A program made the translations under genes and the position numbers. This document shows positions 27,214 to 40,687 of a stretch of 64,000 bases of DNA, one piece after another (position 1 is the first letter of the stretch; each line of letters starts with the position of its first letter). The notes below the pieces were generated by a model that worked only from the letters and a program-made list of their open reading frames with translations, did not search any database and had not been told where the DNA came from. Source of the stretch: Octopus sinensis (lineage: Eukaryota); the NCBI RefSeq assembly GCF_006345805.1, contig NC_043001.1, forward strand, positions 121,272,001 through 121,336,000, given 5' to 3'.

Positions 27214-27685
27214 CTTGTTTTATTTATATTTCCTGAGCACCATACTAATACAATTGTTTGTTTGTATTCCACCTGCCTTCGTCTTTTGTTTATTTCCGTA
27301 AACCTGCCTTCGTCTTTTGTCTATTTTCATAAAGCTTCCCGTTATATATTACGCGCTCACGTGGTCTCACTTTCATCCTATATTCTACCAACACCACTAT
27401 CAACTCTTACCTCTACATTGGATTTTCTTTACCCCTTGGATACTTACCATTGGCTGCACCTCTCTTTCACGGATCAAAGTGACTTTGTTATTGATGTGAA
27501 ATCCTTAAAAAAATATACCACGACGTCTATACATTTCTAACCTTGAACTCTCAACCTTGAACTTTTTCGCATAAACTGTCCCGTTCGTTTTATTTTTATT
27601 TTCTCATATATTATCCTTTTTTTACATTCATTTCATCTGCACACATTTTTTTTCTCTCCTACTTTCTGTGTTTCTTCTCTGTGTA

Positions 27686-27723
27686 TCTTTCTGTTGAAGA
27701 GCGTAGGCTCGAAACGTTAAAGA
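27686..27723 (+). ncRNA. Hammerhead-like motif, copy 4
   Basis: Identical motif inside the more diverged partial unit. Confidence 0.6.
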
Positions 27724-27851
27724 CTTGTTTTATTTATATTTCCTGAGCGCCATACTAATACAATTGTTTGTTTGTATTCCACCAGCCTTCGTCTTTTGTC
27801 TATTTTCATAAAGCTTCATATATATATATATACATATACAGATATATATAT

Positions 27852-27926
<75 letters not shown>

Positions 27927-27967
27927 GGTTGTATATATATATATATATATGTATCTATATATATTTT

Positions 27968-28218
27968 ATACTCATTTACTCTTTTACATGTTTCAGTCAT
28001 TTGTCTGGAAACATGCTGGAGCACCGCCCTTTGTTGAGTAAATCCACCCCAGAACTTATTATTTGTAAGCCTTATTCTATCCGTCTCTTTTGCCGAACCG
28101 CTATGTTACGGGGACGTAAACACACCAGCATCGGTTGTGAAGTGATGTGTGGGGGACAACACAAACACAGAAGCATATACACACACATATACATATACAT
28201 ATATATGCATATATATAT

Positions 28219-28307
<89 letters not shown>

Positions 28308-28455
28308 GACGGGCTTCTTTCTGTTTCCGTGTACTCACAAAGCTTTGGTCGGTCCGAGGCTATAGTAGAAGACCGTCGCCCATGGTGTCACGTAGTGGGA
28401 TTGAACCCGGAACCATGTGGTTGGTAAACAAGCTACTTCCGATACAGTCACTCCT
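27968..28455 (-). mobile_element. Complete SINE on the minus strand with internal (AT)n
   Basis: Tail tttactcttttacatgtttcagtcatttg..catgctggagcaccgcc (27970-28030) and head acgacgggcttc..gggattgaacccggaacc (28306-28455). Confidence 0.8.
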
Positions 28456-28735
28456 GTTTGTTAACCTGACAACTAGTTCAAGGTGAGCTCTGATTGGTTG
28501 TATGCAAACGAGCTCATTAATAGTGTCCGGAGCTCTCGTGGGAGAAAAAAACTTTCGCGGCTGGGTCACATGAGAAGATGTGACCACCTTATTGTGGACT
28601 GTGCTTACACACGCACAAACAGACACACACATTGATACATGCAAAGACGCACACTCGTAGGTATTTCTGCTTTAAGAATGTTGACCTTACAACCGTGACA
28701 TTCTGAAGAAATTGTATGTGTGTGTTGGTCAGCCA

Positions 28736-28776
<41 letters not shown>

Positions 28777-29384
28777 TTTGTGTGTGTGTGTGCTTTAAAT
28801 TCTCTGTCCGTGTGCGCGCACGTATTTTTGCAAGAGTGTTTTAAGCTCATAGTTTGTGCGTGTGTGTGAGTGTGTGAGTGTGTGTATACATTATTTTTTC
28901 ATTTTTGTGTGTGTGAGTGTGTGTGAGTATATAACTGTATGTTTTTATTTCTTCGTTAGTGTGTGTGTGTGTGTGTGTGTTTGTCCGTGTGTGTGAGTGT
29001 TTGAGTGTGTGACTATATTTCCATTTCTCTGTGTGTGTGTGTGTGTGTGTTTTCATTTCAGTGATTGAGTGTGTGAGAATATTTTTATTTCTGTGTGTGC
29101 GTGTGTGTGAGGGACTGTGTGATTTATTTCTGTGTGCGTGCGACAATTACAGCTACAACAAACACTTTAAGCATCTCTAAGATACCCACATTTGCAGATC
29201 ACTAACTACTAAATCAAAAGAAATCACAATTTATTGAATCTTTAGCGACTTAAAATATTGCACATATTTTTCTCATATGGTGACAATGTATTATTTCACA
29301 AGTGGATAAAACAAATTCTCATACTGGCGTGGAGGAGGCTGATATTCTCTCTGCAGGTGTTAAGCACACAATGACCCCCGTATC

Positions 29385-29530
29385 TACGTACCTGGATCGG
29401 CCATAATTGGTTTCATTTGGAGAACTCTCGGGTGTGGAATATTTATGACTATAGAAGTTGACTTGTTACAGGCTTCGTTTATGGCCTCACTTTTGTGGAT
29501 TTTGGGAAGTCCACAGACGTTACTGTGGAC
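29385..29530 (-). pseudogene. Penelope-like RT fragment (paralog of 45195-45455)
   Basis: Minus strand encodes NVCGLPKIHKS...PRVLQMKPIMADP, matching the PLE motif FYGLPKIHKS..RPI. Confidence 0.6.
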
Positions 29531-29534
29531 TTCG

Positions 29535-29679
29535 AAGGATTTAGTCGGCCCAAGACGATAGAAGAAAACACTTGTCTAAGGTGCCACGCAGTGGGACTGC
29601 ACCCGGAACCGTGTGGCTGGTAGGCATGCTACTCCCCCCGCTTATATATATATATATATATATATCAATATCAATATCA

Positions 29680-29715
<36 letters not shown>

Positions 29716-29863
29716 ATAGGTGTAGAGGTGGCGGTGTAATAAGTAGCTTGCAAACGAACCGCAGTGTTCTGGGTTCAGTCCCACTGCGTGGCGTGTTGGG
29801 CATGTGTCTTCTACTATAGCCTTGTCCCGACCAAATGCTTGTGAGTGGATTTGATAGACGGAA
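29535..29863. mobile_element. Head-to-head inverted SINE pair (minus 29535-29642, plus 29719-29863) separated by (AT)n
   Basis: Both arms match the 58887 SINE head in opposite orientations. Confidence 0.8.
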
Positions 29864-30009
29864 TACACACACACACACACAACACACACACACACACAAA
29901 CACACACACACCACACACACACACAAACACACACACATATCTATATGTGTTTGTATATATATATATATGTGTGTGTGTGTGTTGTGTGTGTATATATATA
30001 TATATATAA

Positions 30010-30050
<41 letters not shown>

Positions 30051-33000
30051 CCCCTGTGTTCCAGGGGTTCCTCAGGAAAATGGATCACCTACCCCGGTGA
30101 ACGACCAGGTAGTGAAGGATAGGAGAGCCAAGGGACAAGAAACCGGAAGCCCCCCTGTACCAATGGTCCTACAAAGAAATGAAAAATTAGAAAAAAAGAA
30201 GAAAAAAGGAAGGACCGAAAACAAAAATAAGGAGGGAAAAGGAGGAAAAGACAAAACAACCAAAGCTGAAACCCCAACCCACCACACAAACAGCAGAGAA
30301 CCCCATGGAGGATCCAATGCCACCCAGTACACTTCAGGAAAGAAGAAATCTGGAAGGCACCGAAGAACCTGTAAATTCTACCTGCGGGGCAAATGTTGGC
30401 ATGGTGAGGACGGCAAAAACAGCCGGTTCGCCCACACGACACCCCGCCAGAACTTCAGAGGACTCAAAGAGAAAAGCTTTACCGAGGGAACACAAAAAAT
30501 GTCTCCCAGGAAAACTTTCAAAAACGAAGTGCCCTCCTCAGATGTTCTGCGCAACGCAGCAGCTGAGCAAGAGTCTTTTTTGTGCATGGCGCAAAGAATT
30601 GTCCGGCAGCTAACCTGGCTACACCAAGCACAGAGAAGGAACCCTGCCCACCACTATGCAAGACCACCACAGTCAACAGACACGGGATGGCCTCCCCTAA
30701 CGCCTGCACAGCCGTCACCCCAATACTTTTACTAAATATTGGGGGCCTGTTGCATCAAAATAGAAACAAAATTTCTTTCCTGAGAGATCTTACTGCATGT
30801 AATCAAGCCCTATGCATGGCACTTGTGGAAACTCACTTCAACCCTGATATAGATGACACAGAAGTACACATACCAAACTATGCCATACTGCGAACAGACA
30901 GAAGGGAAAGGAGCAATGGTGGGGTTGCTGTATACATCCGAGATGACCTCAAACCCCAGGTCTTAATGACATACTCAAATTCGGTATGTGACACTTAATT
31001 GTATACATAAGACAACATAATATAGTCATATGCAATACATATTGCCCATCGGATGCCCCAAATCACACAGGCAAGTTTGAAGATTGCCTCACAAGAATTA
31101 AAGAAATCCTCATGAATCTGGAACACCACGTGACCATATTTCTTATGGGAGATTTCAACTTCCCCAACGTCAAATGGCCCGAAGGTCACATACTCTCAGG
31201 AATGAATCATTGCAAACAAGTACAGGTGGAGTCCCTGCTCAACCTCACCAATGCCTTATTCATGGAGCAAATTGTACTCAAGCCAACTAGGGCGAATAAC
31301 ATTCTGGATCTCTGCTTCACGAACAATATGGACATCATTCATGATGTGAAAGTGACACCGACATCAGTTTCGGATCACAACATAATAGAGTTGTCTATGT
31401 TTGGTCCAAAAGTAACCAGAGACATACAGCCTAAAGGAAGCACCCGAAATCTCTCCAATCTGAACTTCCACAAAGCAGATTGGAAATCGATCCAAAAAGA
31501 GATCCCCAGAGAGGACTGGCCGGAATGTCTCTCCACACCAGACATTGACATGAAATTAGAATGTGTCATGTCTTCTGTGCAAGCCGTATGCCAGAAATAT
31601 GTCCCAGAGCACAAGGCCAAAACAAATAGGAGCAAGATTCCAAGAGACAGGAAGATCCTCATGAGACGACGGACGAAGGTTGCAAATCGTCTCAACCAAC
31701 ATCCCAAAAGTAGCGAAACATCCCGCCTAAAAACAACACTGATGGAGATCGAAAAAAGGCTGCAACAATCCTATGTAAAGGAGAAAGCAGACAAAGAAGC
31801 CTGGGTTATAAAAAATATTAAATCAAACCCAAAGGCCTTCTTTCATTACGCGAAAGAAACAGTCTCAGTGCACTACAAGATAGGACCCCTCCTCCAAAAG
31901 GATGGCTCCCTCATAGACAGTCCAACTAAGATCAGTGAGATGCTGAATAACCAGTTCAAAAGTGTCTTGGAACACAGACAAGTGAACGAACTAGTGGACT
32001 TCTTTGCCGCCTCAACTATAACCAGCGAGGCGGTTACAATAGAATGTATTGACATTAGCGAAAAAGATGTCCTACTAGCCATAGATGAAGTGGACACAAA
32101 CTCAGCTGCTGGTCCAGATGGTTTCCCAGCCATCCTCCTCAAAGCGTGTAAGCATGCCCTGGCAAAACCCCTCAAGATTCTCTTCCAGAGCTTTCTTGCG
32201 AATGGCAAACTGCCAAGCAAGCTGAAGGAGAGAATAATATGCCCAATACATAAAGGGGAAGTAGAGCAGATGCCCAAAACTATAGGCCTACCTCTCTGAC
32301 TTCACACATCAGCAAAGTCATGGAACGGATAGTCAGAAAAAACTAATCGCATTCCTTGAGGAAAATAACTTGTTGAGTGATACCCAGCATGGTTTTCGAC
32401 CAGGTAGGAGCTGCCTGACCCAGCTCTTACAACATTATGACTGGGTGTTGAGGCAGTTACTCAACAAATCAAATGTGGACGTAATCTACCTTGATTTTGC
32501 AAAAGTTTTTGACAAGGTGAATCATGGTATGATATGCACAAACTGCGTGACCTCGGCATAGCTGGAAAACTTGGAGTGTGGTTACATGACTTCCTGAAAG
32601 ATAGGAGTCAGGCAGTAGTGGTTAATGGAGCCACGTCTATGAACACACAAATAGTGCGCGGTGTTCCACAGGGCACTGTCTGGGACCACTACTTTTTATA
32701 GTGGTCCTCTCAGATATGCCCTCAATGCCCGGATAGCCACTCTGGCCAGCTATGCAGACGATACGAAAGTCTCGCAGAAAATACAGAACCCCAGCGATGT
32801 TGCATACATCTGCAGCAGGAGTTGGACTAATCTACAGATGGGCTGAGGATAATAATATGCAGTTTAATGCTGAAAAATTCCAGGCCCTGCGCTACCAGCA
32901 TCCAAAACTGAATATTAAACTTACAGGATACACTGGTCCACAGGGAATTTCAATCCCAAACCTAAGTCTGTGAGGGACCTGGGTATCGACATGAGTGATG

Positions 33001-33730
33001 ATACCTCTTTCCAAGTGCACATTACCAGGATGGCGACAAAGTGCAGACGACTGGCTGGGTGGATCCTAAGAACATTCAGAACCAGAGATAAGGAAACCAT
33101 TATGGTCCTTGGCGGACATTTGTCCTCGGCCCGCCGGATTACTGCTCACAACTATGGTCACCCACCAGTGTAAAATTAACAGCGGTACTTGAAGCAATCC
33201 AGAGAAGATTCACAAGAAGATCGTCTCTTTGCAATACTCAGCTACTGGGAAAGGTTGAAACAGCTAAGACTCTACTCCCTGGAGAGAAGACGGGATAGGT
33301 ATGCAGTAATATATGTCTGGAAGATCCTGGAAGGAATTGGGCCAATTTTGGCAATGTAAGCTACACCAATGCTAGAACGGGACGACACTGCATAGTGTCA
33401 AGATCCCAGCAATGCCATGACGCTTCAGGACCAGCTTCTGCAACAGCCTGGGTTTCAAGGGCCCACAGCTTTTTAATATTCTCCCAAGAGTCTGAGGAAC
33501 TTGCACAAAGTAGATGTAGCGGTTTTTTTAAATCAAAGCTGGACATCTTCTTGTCGAGAGAGTCCCAGATGAACCTACCTCCGGCAAGAGGTGCAAATGA
33601 GAGTAGCTATATGAAACTCCATTCTTCACAAGTGCACATATTAGACGAGGTTCTTCGCAATAAACAGTGCAGCACAAAACGGCAGTGCATCAGCATGGCC
33701 GCAGCTCTGAGCTGAAACTAGTGAAAAAAT
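30051..33730 (+). mobile_element. LINE copy B, near full-length CR1-group (Proto2-like): ORF1 with CCCH-type finger, ORF2 APE-RT; many frameshifts
   Basis: ORF1 CKFYLRGKCWHGEDGKN(C>S)RFAH. ORF2 LLNIGGL..ALVETH..RTDRRERSNGGVAVY, GDFNFP, PGRSCLTQLL, YLDFAK, YADDTK. 3' UTR ggcagtgcatcagcatggccgcagctctgagctgaaactag. Flanked by (AT)n. Confidence 0.92.
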
Positions 33731-33856
33731 AAATATATATATAAGTATATATGTATATATATTTATATATATCATACATACATATATATATATATACCGT
33801 GTGTGTGGTGCGTGTTTGTATGTATGTATGTATGTATGTATTTATGTATGTATGAT

Positions 33857-33895
<39 letters not shown>

Positions 33896-34630
33896 TGTGT
33901 GTGCGTGTGTGTGTGTGTGTGTATGAATATATATAATATATATATATATATTACGTTTGTTTGTCTATCCTCCAACATCGCTTGACAACTGGTGCTGGTG
34001 TTTTCACGTCCCCGTAACTTAGCGATTCTGGAAAAGAGACCGATCCATTAAATACTAGGCCTACAAAGTATAAGTCCTGGGGTTGATTTGCTCGAATAAA
34101 GGGCGCTGCTCCACCATGGCTAACAACTGAAAAAATTAATAGAGAGTAAAACAGAAAATATCGACAAAAGTCTGTATTCTCTTAACTAAATAATCACGGG
34201 AGATAACTACAATATATTCTAGAGTTACTTCCCTTGAATCCTATAAAAAAAGACATGACCGTTTAACATTTAATTGTGTTTGTTTTTCGCTTGCGAAGGA
34301 CACACTTGCATTCGTACAGGAAGAGACAAACATACACATGCAACTTTCTGCTGCTAACTTAAACGAATAAACATTGACTAGCTTATAATTTACATTTAAT
34401 TACACCCCACAACTATATAAATTACTAACAATATCTAGTACTGCCCTTTGGACTTAATCAGGTTTTCATTTTGTTTTAGATAGTATATATGCGTATGTGG
34501 GAATCTACACGTGTATATGTATGAATGTATGTATTTATATATATAAATCTATATATGTAAATATGTATGTATGTATGTATTATGTATTTATATATATAAA
34601 TCTATATATGTAAATATGTATGTATGTATG

Positions 34631-34662
<32 letters not shown>

Positions 34663-34699
34663 GTGTGTTGTGTGTGTGTGTTGTGTGTGTGTGTGTATT

Positions 34700-37600
34700 A
34701 ATGTCAGGTTACTTTCAAGTGCTACTGGTAACTTGTAACCCAGTACAACCTGTTGCATGGTCGGGTCGTCGGCGACTAAACCGGCAACCTCACCAAGCTT
34801 GCTTGTTGAGGCGGGTGTTTATTGGACACCATGCGGGATGAAAAACAAAATCCGTCAAAGGGCGGAGGAATTCTTGAGAGTCATCGGCCATCCAATAAAT
34901 GTCTTAAGGTTGTATCATGCACGGGGACATAGAAATAATCGGACTGAATACCCGATCGCGCGGTTAAACCATTGGGGTGAAGGACTCCTAGCCTTTGTTC
35001 AGGCATCCATCTAGGAGAAGGTAACTCAAGTAACTGGGATGACTCCGACATAAAACCTGCGGCTCAGTGGTTACCGATGATGTTGACTGTTCTTCTTTTC
35101 GGATTATGGCTGCTTTGCTTAGTGAGTGGGACTGACTCAGTGCACAGCCTTTCCTCACTAAAAAAAATCTTCTTGCACAGGCATTGCACGATAACAACAT
35201 TGATTGATTGATTAAATTGATTAACTAATTCATGATTGTTGATGGCGCTGTGGTCTCAACTGAATGGCTGGCTGTAGCCTTAAAAGCAAAAAATCATGAT
35301 GTACTAAAACAGTAAAAAATAAATGGCAGTAAGGACTCTGGAACCACATCAGCTGAAAGAGTTTGCCCGGCAGTGGCTCCAGAGCATCACAGTCTGAAAC
35401 CGGCCGTCATCATGCTGCTGTGATAGAACCAAAGAAAATATTGAATATTGGCTGTTGGAATGTACGGACACTACTTGACCGCAAGTCCACTGAATGTCCT
35501 GAAAGAAGGCCTGCGCTTGTTGCGAAGAGCTTCAACGCTATGATCTTGACGTCGTTGCTTTATCTGAGACGAGATTACCTGGAGATGGTCATCTTCCACA
35601 CAATCTTGTGGAAAACATACATTCTTTTGGAAAGGGAAGAATGAAGAGTTTAGAGGAGAAGCTGGAGTGGCATTTGTGATAAGACTACTCTGTGGACAAG
35701 TTGGAAGAATTCCCAGTCGGAATTAACGATCGTCTTATGTCCATGAGAATTCCATTGGTTAAAGAAATTATATGACCTTGGTGAGTGGGTATGCTCCAAC
35801 TATGTTCTATACTGATGACGAAAAACTTTCTTTTCATGAAGACATGAATGGTAGGGTGAATGTTAGAGGGAATTTGAAGGGAATTATAAGAAATATCCCT
35901 CGGGCAGTCATCGTACTAGTGACTTTAATGCTAGAGTGGGTAGGGATTTTAACACATGGACTGTAATTGGAAAGCATGGGGTGGGGAAGGAAGCGTAATA
36001 GTAATGGCATGCTTTTGCTGCAGATGTGTGAGGAGCTGCGTCTGTGTGTTACCAATGCCATGTTCAACAAAAGAATAAGTTTAAGACTACATGGATGCAA
36101 CCTGCATCTAAAGAATGGCATATTCTGGAATACATCCTTGTTAGAGTGTGTGACAGACAGGATGTGCAGTGTGCTCGTGTTCTTCGTCGGAGCTGAGGTT
36201 GGACTGACCACCGCCAAGTACGTGCAAAAGTGAAATTAGTCACAAAACATAAAATCTGAGCTGCAGGGATTACCCTGCCTAAAAGACTGGATGTTGATCA
36301 TCTTAGGTGTAATAGTGTGTGAAGAGAACTTTACGAAAGGAAATGAATGCTGTAGATATTGGGGAGGATTGGCCAACCCTTAAAAAGTCAGTTTATGATA
36401 TTGGCGAGAAAGTTCTGGGATTGAGACAAAGAAAGCATCAAGATTGGTTTAAAGAAAATGATGAAATATAGATGATTATTGGCTGATAAAAGACGTACTT
36501 TGTCACGCTATTTGTCAGCAAAGCTACAGGAAAGGGAAGTGTTGCATAGGGAACTCAAGGACGTAAAATCACGTCTGAGGCAAAGGCTCTCAGAGATGAG
36601 GGATACGTGGTGGAGTAAGAAGGCTGATGAGATACAGGCGGTATCATATTCCAATAACACAAAGCTGTAGTATGGTCTCTTGCGAGAAGTTTATGGACCG
36701 ACGTCTTCCCTGATGACACCACTCCGAAGCAGGGATGGTAAAAAACTTCTTCGTGATTCACAAGGAATTCTGCGAAGGTGGCAAGAACACTTTGATGAAC
36801 TTTTGAATCAGCAGTCTGTAGTTAGTGAGGATGTTCTCAATCTCATCCCTGGATTACCTGTGAAGGCAGCACTCGCAGAACCACCAAAGTTGGAAGAAGT
36901 TGCAATGGCTGTCTAAGGTTGAATAATGGGAAGTTTCCGGGTATGGATGGCATACATGCGGAGTTGTTACAGTATGGTGGTGAGAAACTTCTGCAGAAGA
37001 AACTTCACTCTTTGTTTGTAAGATATGGACTAGTGATCTGTACGAGGACTGGAGAGATAGAGATACAGTAATGGTGGAAGGGAAAGGGCAGCAGGAATGA
37101 TTGTGGTAATTATAGGAGAGTATCATTGCTGTCTGTTGTAGGAAAGGTTTTATGCATGGTACTTCTGGATCGTCTGCTGAAATACGTTGCAGACTGTGTT
37201 CTTCAAGAAAGTCAATCTGGCTTTCGTGTGGAATGTGGCACTGCTGATATAATCTTTTCAGCTAGACAGCTTCAGGAGAAGTGTGGAACAGGGTCTGGAT
37301 TTGTATCAGGTTTTTGTCGATCTGACAAAAGCCTTTGATACCGTCAATAGAAAAGCATTGTGGAAAGTCCTCCAGATACTTGGGTGTCCTGAAAAGTTCC
37401 TTGCTTTGGTTAGGTCTTTTCATGAAGACATGAATGGTAGGGTGAATGTTAGAGGGAAAATGTCGGAGCCCATTGCAATACAAAATGGAAATAGGGGGAT
37501 ATCCTGGCACCGACCCTATTTGCCATATATTTTGCGATGGTGTTCTGTATTGCATTCAGAAACTGCAGATACGGTGTTTACATCCATTATCGAACCTCTG

Positions 37601-38905
37601 GCAGCATATTTAATATCAGGCACTTTGCTGCGAAAACAAAGGCATTTTACCTCTATCATGAGAGACCTTTTGTATGCAGATGATTGTGATCTAGTAGCAC
37701 ACACAGAGATTGATATGCAACCATTTTTAATGCATTCTCTGATGCTTGCACTGCCTTAGGATTGACAGTCATCTCAAGAAAACTGTTGTCATGCATCAAT
37801 CTGCCCCTGGTAAGCAGTATAGTGTACCAAATATCTATGTGTATGTTAAACGACTTGATGTAGTTGATCGATCAGTTTGTCTACCTGGGAAGCACTATTA
37901 ATAGATATAGCAATTTGGATGATGAAATTCCACATAGAATTAGGAAAGCAAGTGTTGCTTTCGGAAGGGTAGAAAAGCGCCTCTGGAGTCGGCGAGACAT
38001 ATGCAGAAAGACAAAGATAAAGGTGTACAAGGCATGTGTGCTCCCTTCTCTTCTCTATGCCTGCGAGACGTGAGTCATATATCGATACCACTTTAAACAA
38101 CTGGAACGTTTCCATCAGATGTGTCTTAGACGGATCTATGGCATTAAGTGGAAGGACCGCATCAGTGATCATGAAATATTGGAAGGCTCTCGGTGTGAAG
38201 TGTAGTAGAAGAGCTCTTGTGTTAAAGCGAAGGCTCAGATGGAGTGGTCATTGGTCAGGATGAAGGATTCAAGGATGCCAAAACAACTTTTATGGAGTGT
38301 TAGCTAAAGGAGAACAACCTCCACATAAACCAAAAAAGAGGTATAAGGACTTGCCGAAGGCTTTCTTAAGAGATGTTTGCATCTCTCCTGACACATGGGA
38401 AGGCATAGTTATTGATCGTAGCTGGTGGAGAAGGATTGTGCACGAGGGGACAGCCACTTTTGAGAAATCTCGAGTGGCACATAAGAAAGTAAGGAGGGAT
38501 GTCAGGAAGCGCATCGCTGTTACACTTCCAGAGGGAAGGGTCTTCCTATGATGCTGACATGCAGGTCTGTGCAAGACTCTGCCTCAGAAAAGCTGGACTC
38601 AAGAGTCATCTTCGTAGTCATAAAGCGAGACAGATGAGTGACAACCTGGCCACTGGTGGTGGTGTAACACACCATACTAATAATATCTGTCGGGCATGCA
38701 AAAGAGAGTGTAATTCGGCAGGAGGACTTAAACGACATGCACAGGTACATGAAGCCCAGTTACAACTACAGCGGCTATTACCGGTAAAGGTTTTAGTTGC
38801 CAATTCTGTACAAGACTGGGCTAAAAAGTCACATTCGATCACACCGCCAGTAACAGTTAAGCTTAGTGCAATGGCCATACTCGATGATGAGGGGGCAGCC
38901 ATAAT
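34700..38905 (+). mobile_element. Full-length decayed RTE (BovB-like) LINE with C-terminal C2H2 fingers
   Basis: APE LNIGCWNVRTLLD..PERR.ALVAK, YAPT; RT QESQSGFR, VFVDLTKAFDTVNR, RDLLYADDC, FVYLGSTI, RLRWSGH; C2H2 CARLCLRKAGLKSHLRSH and CRACKRECNSAGGLKRHAQVH. Long 5' UTR; 3' end gcaatggccatactcgatgatgagggggcagccat followed by (AT)n. Confidence 0.92.
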
Positions 38906-38908
38906 ATA

Positions 38909-38970
<62 letters not shown>

Positions 38971-39209
38971 GAAATATGTTACAAAAGGAAAATATAAAAT
39001 ACACGTGAAAATTTAAGGGGAGAATAAGAAAAAATCAACGAAAATGCACATTGTAAATAAAAAAGAAAAAGCTTTTTATGAAAGGTAACGACAGATATAT
39101 ACTTTAAGATGGGATGAGGTAGTAATAAAAGTCATTATTATGAGATGATTAAAAAGTCAGAAAGCAAAGCATACCATGGTTTCGTCATAAGCTATTCGTC
39201 CCCCCCCTA

Positions 39210-39278
<69 letters not shown>

Positions 39279-39354
39279 TATATGTATATACATGTATATA
39301 ACTACGTATATTATATGCATATATATATATATATATATATATGCATACATATGC

Positions 39355-39535
39355 AGTCAGATCTAGTCAAGTAATTTGCCTCATTTTTTTTAAAAATCTA
39401 GTTGGAACCGATAGATAAGAGGAAATCATTTGGTCATTATATTTGATTGACTGTAGTTGTTGATTTTTTCGTAGAAGCTATTGGCTTGAAGCAGGGTTAG
39501 GTGTTTATGTAGTTTTCTGATGGTAGTAGGGACAA
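39355..39535 (-). pseudogene. Penelope-like RT fragment (overlaps paralog 45340-45455)
   Basis: gcagtcagatctagtcaagtaatttg..ggtcattatatttgattgactgtagttgttgatttt aligns to 45340-45454. Minus strand encodes FYEKINNYSQSNIMTK. Confidence 0.55.
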
Positions 39536-39573
39536 ACAGAGGCACACAATCGTATACATATATACACTTGTGT

Positions 39574-39730
39574 ACGACGGGCTTTTTTCAGTTTCCGATA
39601 CGAAATCGAATCATAAGGATTTAGTCGACCCGGGACGATAGAAGAAAACACTTGTCTACGCTGCCACGCGGTGGGACTGCACCAGGAACCGTGTGGTTGG
39701 TAAGCAGGCAACCCCCCACTGAGATATATT

Positions 39731-39768
<38 letters not shown>

Positions 39769-39984
39769 ATATATATTGATAGGCGTAGGAATGGCTGTGT
39801 GATAAGTAGCTTCCCTACGAAACGCAGTGTTCTTGGTTCAGTCCCACTTCATGGTATCTTGGGCTAGCGTCTTCTACTATAGACTCGTGCCGACCAATCC
39901 TTGTGAGTGGAATTGATAGGCGGAACATACACACACACACACTCACACAAACATATATATACATATATGTGTGGGGGGGGGGGC

Positions 39985-40025
<41 letters not shown>

Positions 40026-40165
40026 GTTTGTATGTCTGTTTATCCCTCCAACACCGCTTGACAACCGGTGCTGGTGTGTTCATGTCCCCGTAACTTAGCG
40101 TTTCGTCAAAAGAGAAAATAGATTAAATACTAGGCCTACAAAAAATAAGTATTGGGTTCGAATTT
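39574..40165. mobile_element. Head-to-head SINE pair (minus 39574-39720, plus 39782-39925) followed by a SINE tail (40022-40165)
   Basis: Same arrangement and diagnostic variants as 29535-29863. Confidence 0.8.
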
Positions 40166-40548
40166 CGCTGCGGCATGGAATATATATATGTATATATATA
40201 TATATATATATTAACCATATCGTACTTATGCGGTGATTTGGCGGGCGATTCAAACTGGCTGTGTCCATACGTGCATATGTATGTATGTACGGCGCTCGTA
40301 TATGTAAGTATATCATTTGCTGTGCATATATATCTGTATTGATGTACCCTTGATATATTCAATTGATGACGGTAAAGCTTATCTAAAGCAGAACCAGAAA
40401 TCCTTGGATCTTGAATTATTCAATAATTTTTGCTTGTATGTTTTGTCCCTCCGCTTTACCTCATGGTGCGATATGAACATTTAACGTGGTACTATAGTCA
40501 GTGTTCGACTGCTATTTCGGCATGTTGGTGTCTTTTAGACACCCTCAT

Positions 40549-40687
<139 letters not shown>

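Larger units (their letters stand above)
26009..27817 (+). repeat. Near-perfect 510-bp tandem repeat (3 full units plus ~280-bp partial), built on a Penelope-like terminal repeat; retrozyme-like
   Basis: Units start with taaccttgaac at 26009, 26519, 27028 and 27538 (periods 510/509/510). Each contains one hammerhead-like motif. Confidence 0.95.

Noticed and set aside
26243-27540. Repeated 60-103 aa ORFs in the 510-bp units
   Set aside because: Short, low-complexity and without recognisable motifs. They recur only because the unit is duplicated.
28490-28590. CCAAT/octamer-like words and hairpin GGTCACAT-gagaag-ATGTGACC as a snRNA-type promoter
   Set aside because: The motifs are imperfect and short, and no downstream RNA gene is recognisable.
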